Below the pieces are notes generated by a model. It did not search any database and was not told the origin of the DNA. It saw only the letters and a list, made by a program, of their open reading frames with translations. Made by a program: the position numbers and the translations under genes. Of a DNA stretch of 64,000 nt, positions 1 through 21,800 are shown piece after piece; positions within the stretch are counted from its first letter, which is position 1, and the number at the start of each line of letters is the position of its first letter. This DNA comes from Lingula anatina (Eukaryota > Animalia > Brachiopoda). The stretch covers positions 13,802,651 through 13,866,650 of the forward strand of contig CM120647.1 of NCBI GenBank assembly GCA_051362555.1. The letters run 5' to 3'.

Positions 1-220
1 GGGGGGGAGCAATGACCCATGAGAGAGTTAGACATGTGAAGTTGTAAACTGTGAAGAAAGAGAATTTATTTTCATCACTGTGAAGGTAATCAGAAATATC
101 ATTTCTATTTCAGAAAACGAATGTCAAAGATTAAAGTGATGCCTGATACAGTAACTGCATTACCAGTGTGCCATAGCAATATCAGTCACACCAACAACAG
201 CGGTAATAGCTGTAATTACA

Positions 221-8646
<8,426 letters not shown>

Positions 8647-11179
8647 AATTAAAGAAAAAAAAAATGAACAAAAAAAAAAAAAAAGGAAAGTCTGTGTCTG
8701 CCAGCTTATCCTATGTAAACTTATCCCTTGTGTAAATTTGAGGAATGGAGCAAGAAGTCTAACTCAAAGGGAGGTTGTATTTCATCAGTGATATAAAATG
8801 GTTCATGTTATTGAGAATTCAAAGATGAGGTCAAGATTCTTAGGCTATTTTAAAAGCTCTAAATTAGGGTATAATTTGATTATAATAGATACATCTCAGT
8901 AGTTCAAAGGCTCAGTTGTACGAGCCTCTTAATTGGCTTTTTGTTCTGCACATATTTTCACCTTTGAACATAATAGGATTCAAAATCTGGATTCAAGAGA
9001 TATTTTTGAGATTTAAAAAAGATACAAAAGAAAAGAGAGAAAGAAAAATGTCCTAGTCCAGCCTTTATTTTATGATGTGCCATTGATTGACAGACTTCTA
9101 GGAAAAGGATAGATTGCAAGAGTGGCTGCACTTATTGGCAGTTAAGCTTTCTTTTTGTGATTGGCTCCAGCAAAGAAAATAAGCCCAGAATTTGGTTTAA
9201 AATTTAAGACAAAAACTTAGGCAATACTTTGAGTTCAAGATATCTTCACTGCACTTAAGTTATCATAGCCAAATCTTTCTTGTCATAAAATGGACATAAT
9301 ATTTGGTTAATTTGGACTTTTATTGGTTTAACTAGGGTCACAAATTTTCGTCAAGAAGGTTAGACCAATTATTGGGATAAATTATGTCAAACTAACCCCT
9401 TCTTTTCAAAACTGAGGCATGTTCACAGACTTACTTGGGCCAAGATTTGGTTTGCACCTAAAAAAGTATTCTAGCCTAAAGACATAAATTAAAAAAAAAA
9501 ATTAAGCATCCTAGATCCAAAACAGAAGTGTAGCACCCCTCTTAGATGACAGAGTTTGTACTGTTTTACAAAAAAAGGTAAAAGTTCCAAAGACTGAGTA
9601 ATGTTTTAATTTAAAATTGACAGCTATACAATTTGGTGGAAGGTAGAATTAACCTTTAGTATTAGACAGGATGGTTGTCTGACTATTTCTGGTTTAAGTA
9701 AGTCCCTGTGTGAATGCGGCTGTAAGAAAGGTACTTAGGGCAAACTGAATGTGTAGCAGTGGTGAGGTTTGTGAATTAAAATTTGATAAAACAAAAAATG
9801 CTATTTTAATGAGGTCATATTTTTGTACATTGAATGAAAACAGGACATGCAATGTCTACTTATTTTCAGCATTAAAGATACAGTACTCTAGGTAGACTTC
9901 TGGGTCATAAAAAAAAAAGAAAGAAAAATAACATAATGCTATAATTAGAGATTTTCTAGAGAGTTATGTTTGGTGACCAGTTGTTAATTCTCTTGCATCG
10001 ATATGAAGAGGTCTAGAGCTAATACAGTGTAGGCATGCCTAGTTTGACTGTGATCTCTGCACAATTATTTAGATGAGTGCAGAGTTTATGGCTGCTTGAA
10101 CAGTTTACCCTGTTATGTCGTGTTGCAGAACGTGGTCCATGCTTAATTTAGATTTAGAAAGAGGATAAGGTATAGAGGTAACTTCAAAGTTCAGCATTCA
10201 ACCATTGGTTCAGCCAGTTCAGTAGACTTTTGGTTAGTTGAAGCAGGCGGAAGTAGGTAACATTTAGTTAATTAATTATTTAGTATATTATAAGGTATTA
10301 TCTGGTTTAATTATTGGCACAACAATGCAAAATTGATGAGAAGAAGACGGTAGACGCATAACGGATGCGGGGAATTTCTCATCAGTAAATGAATTATGTA
10401 AAATTATGAACATTGAATATGCATTTAAAATTATAGGGTATGTTCTGATATTTTTCCAGTATTATGGGATCCCGTAAGTAGAAGAAAGCAAGTTACAAAA
10501 CATGAAAGATATACTAAACAAGTATATTGTATTTGAATATTTGTATATCTGCTCCTGAAATTGATAAAGAGCCGGTGACGCCAAATGAAAATAGCGTAAC
10601 ACTTAAGCAGCCGTATTTGTCCAATCAGAATACTTATAAATATTTTATTGGCCATATTTTAATTGGCAGTTAGTAATCATATTTTACTGCCAGGAGCGCT
10701 GTCAAGCGTAAGTGCCAGGATATAAAATTAATGGGATATTAATCGGATAAGATTTGAACTCAGAAAAAAGGGCATTTAGTAATGAACTTGATTTGTCGAT
10801 AGCTGGCAGTGCGTCTTTTATTCATGGAGATATGGCAGCACGCGGAAATACGTTTTCCTAGCGAAGTACTACATCGAACATGGTGTGCGTTTTCATTGTA
10901 CATAAGCAATTATTATTTGACCGTAAGAGGAATGGAGCAACTATTTAAAACTTCCCGGAGAAGTTATGAGCGGTGTGATTTTATCTGCGTTATAATGGGA
11001 TTTGCCAGACATAACTGATATGAGGATAACGGCGCAGATAATGTGTTCAGGTTGCACTTGGAGCGTGCGTCTGTACTGTATATTTAAGGTGATTGTGTTT
11101 GTTTTTGGTGCTAAGTGTTGATAGCATGTAGTGATGAAATAAATGGATCAAACATTTGAATAATCAGATCGGCGGTCGA

Positions 11180-11216
<37 letters not shown>

Positions 11217-11899
11217 TGCATAAATATACATCATATTTTACCGGAAACGTTGCGCGAAAATAAATTGTTCCTAAATCGAACTACGGATGACGATGCATCC
11301 GAACCTTTAATATTTCGTGCAGATATAATGTAAGGAAACAAACAATGTAAACTTACTGTGCAGTTATGTAAAAAGGATTTATTTTGCTTGAAGTATCAAT
11401 TTGAACACGATGTAACTCGTACATGGCGGTACAAATCAAGATATTTAGGAGACATTTAATGTAGACGTTTCCGTGCTCTATATATGTAACTTTTGTCACC
11501 AACTACTTTCATTTGAATGATTAATGCCGCAATGAAGATTGAGACATATTTCTTATTGGACTAGCACTATCTAAATCAGAGTACTACTTCGTCACTGATT
11601 TGACATAAAGCTAACTGACAAGACAGGTGCTTTAATAAAAACAAGGCGTACAGCAAGTCACGGTTTCAAAGTAAAGTTTCACGCTATTTTAGAACTACAA
11701 CTGCTTACACGTACCAAAAGATGCACATGTGTACACATATATATACGTTCTTTTAAATCTTACCAGAAGTCAACATTTTGTGATGCAAAGTCCTTTAAAT
11801 AGAAAACGATTGAGGGCGGTTAGTCATATACACTTGACGTTTGACCTACAGTATTGCCATAACGGCTGCAACTGTGGAAACTGCACGTGTGTATTCACT

Positions 11900-13027
11900 T
11901 CACTCCTCGGGCACTTCAAACAACGTCTGCGCCTCGTAGCCTCTGTGCGTCATTTTAGCGTACGCAGCGTCGTAATCCCGTAGAAAGGCAGCATTATCGG
12001 CAATGTACTCGTCTACAATGTCGGCGGTGGACATGTACGTTGTCCTGGGGCAGTCGGTGTTCAGGGTCTTACACGAGGTCTCCTCTCCGTTTTCGTCCGG
12101 TTTGATATCGCGATACAGACACATATCGGAGTTCAGCATAAAACCCCTGCCGCCGCCCCCGCCGCCGCCTTGTCGTTTTTGGCGATGGTTGCTGGCCATT
12201 TCCGCTTGTTCGTCGACGTCGGCGAGCTTGCGTAGGATTTCACGTAGGAGAGACGAGGGGTTAGGACCTGTAGAGTCCCTATCAAAGTCTTGTGCTGTCG
12301 CGGTACGTTGTTGAGTCGAGTCTTGTTGTCTCCTTCTTACTGTTGTCCACTGCCAGTGGTTATCGCCAGCGTCCATCTGACTGAATGACATCTCTTTGAG
12401 ATTGCGGTAATACTCGTTGTCGAAAAGGTCTCGTACCGTTGTCCACCGTCCACTAAAACCGGACTGAGTGGGATCGGCGCGGCCAACCGTGTGGGCACCC
12501 ATCAGGGCAACAACATCGCGAGCCTCCATGTCGAAATTGTCCTTGAAGTACCCCAAGGTGTTCTCAATTCCTTCCAGAGAGCTGGGGAAGTTGTCCATCG
12601 CACTCGTGGTAGGGGACGTGGCGCAATCCTCGCGGCCCCAGCGAAAGGGGGTCGTGACTGTGTCTCCCCGGCCCATCTCTGTTGCCACCACGCCAGCAAG
12701 GGCCCAGAAATCGGCCCTGGATATCACACCGGTCAGTCTGTTTCGATCGTAAACGTTCTCAATTCGCCGATGGATGTTTCCGAGGCCGAGGTTGGACGGG
12801 TCGTCCAGGTTTATGCACCCGTCGCACCTCTCGCTCACGCAGTCATGGAAGGCCAAGCGGATGGCGGACGCGACCAGAGGACGCTGGAGGCCACCGTCGG
12901 GGTTTCTGTTGAAAGTTCCGTTGATGAGGTCAGTTAGCAAGGACTTGGCACGGTCGTATTCGGCTCTGGTGAGACCGTGCACCGCCACTGCACAGAGGGC
13001 GGCCGAGACGATCAGTACTCGCAGCAT
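11900..13027 (-). CDS. Secreted non-animal heme peroxidase (peroxidase-catalase superfamily, APX/CcP/plant-like), intronless CDS, 375 aa
   Basis: ATG at 13027 (the ORF track start at 13057 is GTG). Signal peptide MLRVLIVSAALCAVAVHG; distal motif IRLAFHDC; CDGCINL; ISRADFWALAG; FRWGRED; proximal His motif VALMGAHTVGRA; GFSGRWT; FDNEYY; MLNSD. Visibly more GC-rich than its flanks. Confidence 0.93.
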   Translation of the reverse strand: MLRVLIVSAALCAVAVHGLTRAEYDRAKSLLTDLINGTFNRNPDGGLQRPLVASAIRLAFHDCVSERCDGCINLDDPSNLGLGNIHRRIENVYDRNRLTGVISRADFWALAGVVATEMGRGDTVTTPFRWGREDCATSPTTSAMDNFPSSLEGIENTLGYFKDNFDMEARDVVALMGAHTVGRADPTQSGFSGRWTTVRDLFDNEYYRNLKEMSFSQMDAGDNHWQWTTVRRRQQDSTQQRTATAQDFDRDSTGPNPSSLLREILRKLADVDEQAEMASNHRQKRQGGGGGGGRGFMLNSDMCLYRDIKPDENGEETSCKTLNTDCPRTTYMSTADIVDEYIADNAAFLRDYDAAYAKMTHRGYEAQTLFEVPEE

Positions 13028-16000
13028 CTTCGGCCAAAGTAGAGTGTAGCGCAACACTTCTCGCTGTCTGTTATGAAGGCTTCATACTCAATGGATAGTT
13101 TTGTACCTGGCGAGTATCCTTTGTCCAGTTTTTATTGGAAGATATCTTATTCAACCAAGGCAGGTTTACACGTTAACTCTGATGCAGTCCGATCCCGCTC
13201 AACACCTATCCGAGCCACACCCAAAGACTTACGTTTACCCCGAAGTCGTCCTAAAGCTTCAGCTAGACGAAGTTTTTCTACTTTAGGTAATTAATCAATC
13301 AATTTGCCATAGTTACACGTACATCCTTTAAAAGCAAAAGAATCCGACCTAGGAGCGTCCTGCTTTCTCCAGTATAAGCCAGGTTTTAACAATGATGCCT
13401 GTGGTATGTTAAGGACACTCAACCTTGAAATGACAGCGTTACGGAGCTTGAGTACGTTGTCATCGCGTCACGACGTTATTAAATTTATGCTTACAATATT
13501 ACTCTAAAAGTTACTTAGCCTTGAAATTAAACGTACTAGGTGCCACAATAATCCCTCTGTTGTCGGAGTGTTACCATTGTTGGCGTGAATATTATTGTAT
13601 CAATTGAATAAGCGTTTGATATATTCACCTATGAATAGTCATTTGGCAAATAAAGCCACATTTTGTTCTATTCTTGAGGTGAAAGCATCGTATTCAAGAC
13701 TCGCTTTCTTTTAGACAACAAACTTTTGGACTCATTGACGTAAATCTCATAAGCAATTCCCTCAAAAGCGACGACGTGCTTAGTAACAAAACAAGGAAAA
13801 CCAGTGAACTTCAGTACTTAAAAGGAGGAATGGAACACGTCATATTAACAGGTACATGTAGTTAAAGACAAAAAATTTAATGTTGTTGTTTGACAGGCAA
13901 TACTCGATTGTATTACCGATACCCAATTTATACTGATCTTGCTTATCCATATTAAAACCAGCATCATTTTGTTGTGAGCACCCCCCCCCCCCCCCCCCCG
14001 CGCCATCCAACTTCTAGACATTACACATTAATGGAAAGAAATCTGAATAATTTCGAAATAAATTTTTCTTAGGTGGCAGAAGGGATGGTTTCGTTGGCAA
14101 TTTAAATCTTTGACGTGTATCCCTGTTTAATGTACCTTTTCAGTACGATGTACAACCCAGACAACCAGTTAACGAAGGATGTCGATCTTATCCATCTTGT
14201 ATCAGTTTAAGCCCCAGTGCAAATCCCATAAGTCTATTTCCATGCATTAATTAGTCAATGTATTCGACTGATACATTTTAATACGATACATCGTATTATT
14301 TACATCAAACTTGTTTAAATCTTTTTACACCTTGAACACAAAAGGTCGCAGTACATAGAATAAAACTCATCAAAACAACCTTCACGTTGAAGACGTCAAA
14401 CAGGGTCGTACATGTGCCAGGGTATCTTAATCGAATCGTGCTCAAAGTCGTGTAAGGTGGACACCGCGGCTCGATTTACACAAGGCATATTTAGCCCGAA
14501 GTTTGTTCCAAATTTTTAGATCGAAAATGTAGCCTAATGTAGCGTAATGGCGTGGTACATTATTCATGTCTTTTGTTATAAAACTGGCAGTGCTTTTGTT
14601 TTATTGTCATGCAACGGATGTACTTCTTTTCTCAAAGTCAAAAATATTATTTAAATGTTTGGGCCAAATTTCGGACTATGCTTCTTTTGTGTAACAGGTG
14701 CTGTCGAGGCCCAGCTGTCTGCTCTATCGGTGACTTGATCGGTCAGGCGTCCAGGGTGACACCTATGGTGTCTGACCATTCCACGGACGGTGATCAAGGC
14801 AGTATCAGGGACGCGTATACCATTGACTTTATTTGAACCGAATTAAGTGAATATGTAGTCCTCTCTTTTTCTCTTTCTTTCTTTCTTTCTTTCAAAGATA
14901 AAATGGAGAGAGAAGAGTGAGGGAGAGAGTGAGAGAGTGAGAGGGGTAAAATGGAAAGAGGGAAAGGGGAAGGGAGAAAGAGAGAGAGAGAGAGAGGGCA
15001 GTATCCGCGGCCAATACACAGATGACTCACGAAGTGTATGAAATTAAATACACATTTTCCTGTTTTGTTCATCAAAGAGAAGTTGAGTCATGACTGAATG
15101 GCAAACATCATAATGCTGGCCCGTAGGGAAAAGGTCCACTCTAGGTAAAAATTGATCTAGGTACATGACGTTTTTATGGGAAAAGGTCCACTTTTTCAAA
15201 AAAAAAAAGAACCCCCCTTTTGAAATTACTGGCTACGGGCCTATAATGATGCACTCACTGAGAGTGGAGAGAGAGAAAGAGAATAGAATCCATTTATAAC
15301 ACAGCTTATTAACAAGTGTCACGCAGAGTGCAAGCGGACAGTTTCATTCTATAACAGCAGATAATATCTGCAACTATATTCTAATGTTGGCAAATACACA
15401 GAATCGAACGTTTTGTTTGAGAAACCGCTGCCGACCAGAGCACGTATTTATAAGTTAATTTATCGCGTTTTAAAGGGTTTTGATTCTGGAGACACAAATA
15501 TCTTCTTTTGCACTCCCCATGTCAAAAGTAAGATCTCAAAGTAAACAGAAATTGAAGAACTGACGCCTTGTTGGGTTACCCACCACATACTAAAGCACTT
15601 TCTAGTCCTATACGTGATCACCAGGTATTTTTAATGAGCAGGCTTGATCTTATTTTATTAAATCTTATCAACAGATCATATTTATTTTCATTTTATACTT
15701 GTAAGAGGGAAAGGAATAGGGTTTAACTTTATAAAAATAACATCAAAATGTTAGTTTCGGAAATCTGAAGGGGGGGGGGGGCTGTCCTGCCCCATCTCCC
15801 TTGTATGATTCGGCATGACAGGTCCATATACAAAATTGTACGTGACTTAGTGATAACACGTGTTCCTGAGCGAGCGAGACAGAGAGAGAAAGGAAGAGAA
15901 AGAGAGAGAGAGAAAAAAAAAGAAAAAGAGCTACAGAGAGAGAAAGAAAGCACGCACACACACACACATCATTTTTTTCACCCAAGCCTACCCACTCTAC

Positions 16001-16407
16001 CACGTAACTTCAACGGACATCATCTCACAGACAATGAAAACCTATATCCGATCACGTGCGTGACAGACACCACATTAATATCCGTACATTAGCTTATTAA
16101 TCAATCAAAAATGGCAAAATTGTGTGATTTCCGTTGGACTAAGGAGCACTGCAATTGCGAGGCAAGTTGAGTAAATTTAAACGTGAACCTGTAAATCTTT
16201 GAAACATGACGCTTTATTTTGATGTCGGCAGGTTGTCTTTATCTCGTTTTGAATGACACATTGAAGCGTGAATAACAAGGCGTTGCACTATCTGTTCGTA
16301 TTCCCTTCACAGATGAGACAAAAATGCTCAACATTTTAAACAAGTACAAAATATATGTAACAAAAACAAATGCATTTTACGGTGTCCAAATTAATCCATA
16401 GCTGTGC

Positions 16408-16413
16408 ATATAA
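16408..16413 (+). promoter_or_regulatory. Candidate TATA box of the Argos-like gene
   Basis: gcatataaacc about 75 bp upstream of the ATG at 16487. Confidence 0.45.
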
Positions 16414-16486
16414 ACCAAGAATCGTGGCATATTTAAGGATACTTTAGCCAGCGACACGCAAAAGTCTCATTTTGCGAAGTTAGCTC

Positions 16487-16828
16487 ATGATGGTCTTTTC
16501 AAGAGTTTTGGTATTTCTGCTTCTTGCTGTCTCCCACAGCGCATACGGAGCAACCACAAGTCGTAATCCCCTGACGATAGTTCTGCCAGAGGTTTGTATT
16601 TCTGGGATAATTTTGAAACGCCAGGAGCAACAGGGCAACTGCATTTTTAAAACTATATTTTCGTATATTACTCTGAAAATGAAATAGGCGGATTTTGAAG
16701 AAAAACAGCTCCAAAATTAACGCTCGTGTTGATCATTTTTCAGCGTTGTTTGATCCTTCTCATTTTAATAGCATTAAATTTTCATTAAAACTTACAAGGG
16801 TAAGACTTATTATTATTATTATCATTAT

Positions 16829-16879
<51 letters not shown>

Positions 16880-18798
16880 TAGTAGTAGTAGTAATTTCGT
16901 GCGCCTATATAGGTTATTTATAAAAAAAATACATGTATATGGAAATCATAAAATAGAAGGAATTCGAAAATGCTTTGGTTATCATTATCTTTGTCAGTTG
17001 TCATTCATGTATTCAGGGTGTTGACAGTCAAACCGACCTCCCAACATGTACTCCTACACAAGTATGCAGCGAGGTGCGTCCGTATCTCCCGGCGTGGCTC
17101 TCCACCGCCAGATCTTCACAAATGAGAGACGTCACATGGTTGCCACGCAACGCTACCCTGTTCTGTAAGTGCCCGGATGAAGCCTCGCCCTGTGCGACTT
17201 CGTTTGGGTTTGACTCACTCTCAGGGCAAATATATAATGGCGCCAAGTTGCACACGTGTGGAGCACCGTCTCCTGTGCCCTACTGCGCCTTTTCAACCCC
17301 GGGAGTTCTAAAGAAAGAACCTGTTAAAAACGCTGCAGGGAAGGATACGGTGAAAATTGAATTGAGCTGTAGGTGCCCCGGCGACAGCAGAGCCGTGTTT
17401 TCAGATCCAAAGCTGGAAATCACGACATTTGAAAACGAGATAAAGACTGTGGATATCTCGTGTGAAAGGGTAAATATATAAACATTTTCCTATAAATGAA
17501 AATGAAAACTTATCTTTTATTATTAATAATGTATGAATGGTATAAATTTAGGAGGCATTGGGGGGGGGGGAGGGTTTATTCCTTCAATGACGAAACGAGT
17601 GGATGCTCTAAAGGGTAAAACTGACAAATAAACAAGGAAACAAACTTAAAATACATTTAAAAGCCAGTTTCTAAGGTGTTAATTTGAAACCCTCAATGTT
17701 GCGATAAAAGCGAGGGTGCCGTTACAATGGCAGATCCAGGGAGTGGCCTTCTTATTATACTTGTAGTTAGAATATTTTCGTCGAATTTTATACTTGCGGA
17801 GTACCGTTAGGGGATTACCCGCTGATGTTTTGAGCCCACTGTAAGAGCATTCAGAACAGCGGACGAACAGACCCGCGGATCAAATATGGCCGATCCACTT
17901 GAATGCTTGTTGCGTATTCAGTGTCTAACCGGAAATTAACCGGCAAGCTTTTTAGTGAGTCGCTTTACTTGATCTGCAGGTCTGTTAGTCAGTTGTTCTG
18001 AATGCAACAGTTTTGTCAAGCATCTTACCGTTGTCAGGTGTCAGAAATTTGTAGCATTGAAAACGATGCTGAGTCTCCTCAATGTTTGGACGTGTCTTAC
18101 GAGTACGGGGACGAGAGCCAAATCGTACTGGGAGATGTTTCAAGGCCTTGCAGGTAATGTTATGGGTAACGTGATGACTTACCGCTATATAATGACGTAA
18201 ACGTAATAGGAAAATGACGTGGTGATTCGTTCTTTGTGTCATAAAAAATGAATGATGAAATACGAATGTCAACTCGCAATTTATGTTATCTCCAAGACTC
18301 GTCAGTGAATATAACCTGACCTGTGACGTAACCAAATAATGACGTTAAATATCTGCATTCTTCAGTTGTGATCAACATATTTGGATGGTGATAATGAAGT
18401 AGTCTTCCTCTTTAGGACTGGAAACTCAAATACTTTCAGAATCTCTCGATTTTTCTTTCTGTTAACGTTTCTAGGTGTCCCGGTGGGAACACTTGTTTAC
18501 AGTATTATCGCCATTGGTCTCGGTTAATGCAAGAAGCAAGAACTGCCATAAGACGGAACCGCAAGACAATTTCACCTAGCATGATGCAGAGATTTAATTA
18601 TCGTGTAAAGAGAAAAGAGCTGTTGCCATTATGTTTTCCTGTAAGTATCTTATTTTGATAATTTGAATTCATATTTAATAATTGAAATTAGAGCTTCCAT
18701 TAATCAATTCTATTTTTCTATAAATCTGTAGGCCTATAGAATATTTTGTTACGGCAATTTTTTAACAGAAAAATGATCAAATAAAAATGCACACACTT

Positions 18799-18841
<43 letters not shown>

Positions 18842-21800
18842 TTTTATGTTTTGCAGGGAAGTCTCGAAAACTCGACTGAATATTTCAACGAGGTACGTTG
18901 AATCCCTTTTGCATTTACACCAGATAGAAGAAAAGAAATTGTACTTTGATTAATTGAACGTTTGATAGGAATATGCATTATTTCAGAGTGTTATCACTTA
19001 TGTTCATGGTTTAAATCATGAAATAATGTTGTAGGAGCTTATGGTCATAACCCTGATTACACTTTAAATTACACTTTGAAGTGTAATGACATTGATGTAA
19101 CACTTTCCGTGGCGGAAACTGGGAACCCGGATAACACTTTCCGTGAATCTGCACTGTTTAAACCGGGTGTCACGTGTACGGTCCGTTCTGCGTGAACCAT
19201 CCGTCCTGACTGATTGCATACACAGCAGACGCGTGTATGAGCCGTTCCGTGAATGATCCGTTGTTATTCACCTGTACTGTTATATTCGGCTAGTTCATTT
19301 CCTACCTCATTATAAATTAACTAGCTATGATGGGAATATTTCTAGGTAAAATTCGCGTGTTAATTGATAATTCTGATAGAGAATATTTTAATCAGCGTCA
19401 AATTACAGTTCGACGCATGGATGAACCTACCGTGGACGAGCCGTCGTTATTCAGCTGTTGGCCAGCTATTTTAGTATTGATTTTACTTTTATTTTATAGG
19501 CTAGTGTGTTGATATGGCCACCTGAGGGAAATCGCAGTAGAGGTAAAAAACTAAAAGATATGAATACTTCTAAAGATTATGTTTGAATTTGCAGTTTGTT
19601 CTCAACAGTGCATGTTTATTGAAGGCTAAGAATGTATAGATGACTCGCTAGAGACGGACTGTACACGCCGGAAGTCTCTCAGATTTGCCTGCACTTTGTG
19701 CGCATGAGCGGATCCTCTTGGCTATTTGTTGTATTGCGTGCATAACTCTCTATATTTCTTCCTGTTCATTTGTTTTTCATATTGAAGGACACTATATTTT
19801 AAAAGAAAAAATAACGAATGGACAAGTCGATTTTTGCAAATACTGAACAAAACGTGTGCGACAATGAAGTATTTGAAAAGCTCTGCTGATTACTTCAAAG
19901 AGGTTATGTTTTCACCCATGTTTGTTTGTTTGTTTGTCATCAACATAACTCAAAATGTTTGGATGAATTTCGATGGAGTTTTCAGGGAAGGTCAGAAATG
20001 GGTTAACTTAGAAGTGATTAGTTTTTGGTGGTGATCCGGATCAATAATCAATCAATAAACAATAATCAAAAATAAAAAAAAGCTAAGTTAAGTACCGATT
20101 TTGATGAAATTTTCTGGAACTGTCAGAAGTGGGCCAAGGAACAGATGATTAGTTTTTGGTAGTGATCCGGATCAATAATCAATCAAAAAAAACAAAAATA
20201 TAGAAAATGTCGGGGTGAAACGGCATTGGATGGAGACTTAGCTGCCTTGGCGGAGGTCTGCGCTCTCTGAGTGCTTTTCTAATTTTAAAGTTATTTGTTT
20301 ATTTTATTCATTCGTTCACTTATTTATTCATTATATTTATTTATTTTTGTTGCATGAGTCTACCAAGGGCGTGACCTTTATTTCCAGGGCGTAAACTCCG
20401 ATGATCAGTTGCCTCAGTGTTCCCATCCTAACCAGCTGTGCAGTGTGGTGAAGCCGCATTCCTTGGTATTAGGGGTACGAGCGCAAAGCTTCTATTACAT
20501 TGCGTCTCTCCGGCACAGTTGCTTTAAATTTCCCCATTCGTACATTGTACACTGATTCATCCGGATCGATTGTGGAGTGGCAATGGAACACAACAATGTG
20601 ATCGGTATCTTAATTGTTTAGAATAGATAAACAAGCAAACAAACAAACAAACAAGCAAACCGACAAATGAACAATAATAATTATATTATTAATTTATATA
20701 TTAAATGAATAACTTAATTAATAATTTCCAATTTCAGAGAAAAACAATGACCAAAACAGTCACCAAATATTGTCGCTGCAGTGGGGACAAACCTTGCCGT
20801 GACGATTTCACCCCAGATCCTGTCAGGAGTCTGATAATCGGGGGTAAACAATATCACACCTGCGAAGGCAACGCTGGTGTGCCTTCTGAGGAGAGGCCTT
20901 ATCAGGGTAGGTCTCCGCGTCTATGCAGGGGCGGATTGAAGCCGTCTTCTGGGTCTTCCGGAAGACGGCCATATTTTCAAGTTTAAATTGACGGGTAGGC
21001 CTATCTAATTTTTTCTGTCGGAAGACGGTCAAAAATGGATGGATCAACAAAGATTATTTGGAAGACTGTCAGAAAATATCTCTGAATCCGCCCCTGCTAT
21101 GTGTAGCACCTGTTGTGAGATCGGTGTCTTTATTGTCGAAAACTGAGACATTTTATATAGGGTTTTCATGTACCAGAAAATATGTAATATCCTGCGATGT
21201 GTTATGTGACACGTATCACGTGACATCAGGTGCGACGCGGAAACTGCAAGTGTAAATATACAAATATATCGAAATATTAACGAATTGAATGCTAGGAGAA
21301 TTATTAATAAAAATTCCGAATGTTAAAGGGGTTGGAAATGGAATACAACATCACTGAGATCTGATTCCCACGTTTAACTTCTATTTGCGCCATTTAATTT
21401 ATTTAGAAGTATGAGTAGGCCCTATATTACACATTTCATTGTCTCTAGTATAAAAACATTACAAAAATATGAAAGAGATTTAACGTTCTTAGATTTTTTA
21501 ACGTTTTGATCCTTCATCAAATGACATTGATCACGTGACTGACTGGTCTCATATCAAAAGTACGTAGATTGATGCTACATGTAGGCCTACCTACCATTTG
21601 GAAAGAGAGATACAATTATCTTAGAAGTTTGATAGATTTGACGTCAACATTGGGAAAGAAAAGTTTCTTTGCAAGATATTTTCACATAAAAAATATGACT
21701 TTAGAACATTTTTAAACACGGACCTTTGAGCTTTTTAAAATACTTTATTGATTTACATATGGTACATCGCTCGATGCGAAAAAGGCCTAACGTTTTTATC

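Noticed and set aside
86-113. Apparent GT...AG mini-intron upstream of PI4KB
   Set aside because: Only 28 nt, shorter than any other intron here; the true donor is probably outside the window.
8647-11150. Long PI4KB 3' region examined for ncRNA or SECIS elements
   Set aside because: No in-frame TGA in nearby genes and no convincing structured RNA; only a candidate AATAAA at about 11138.
12003-13049. Several plus-strand ORFs overlapping the peroxidase
   Set aside because: Antisense shadows of a GC-rich coding region with no recognisable motifs.
21058-21255. Cys-containing ORF as a possible extra exon of the Argos-like gene
   Set aside because: It starts inside a MITE and has no strong phase-compatible donor; exon 21831-21957 already bridges the phases.
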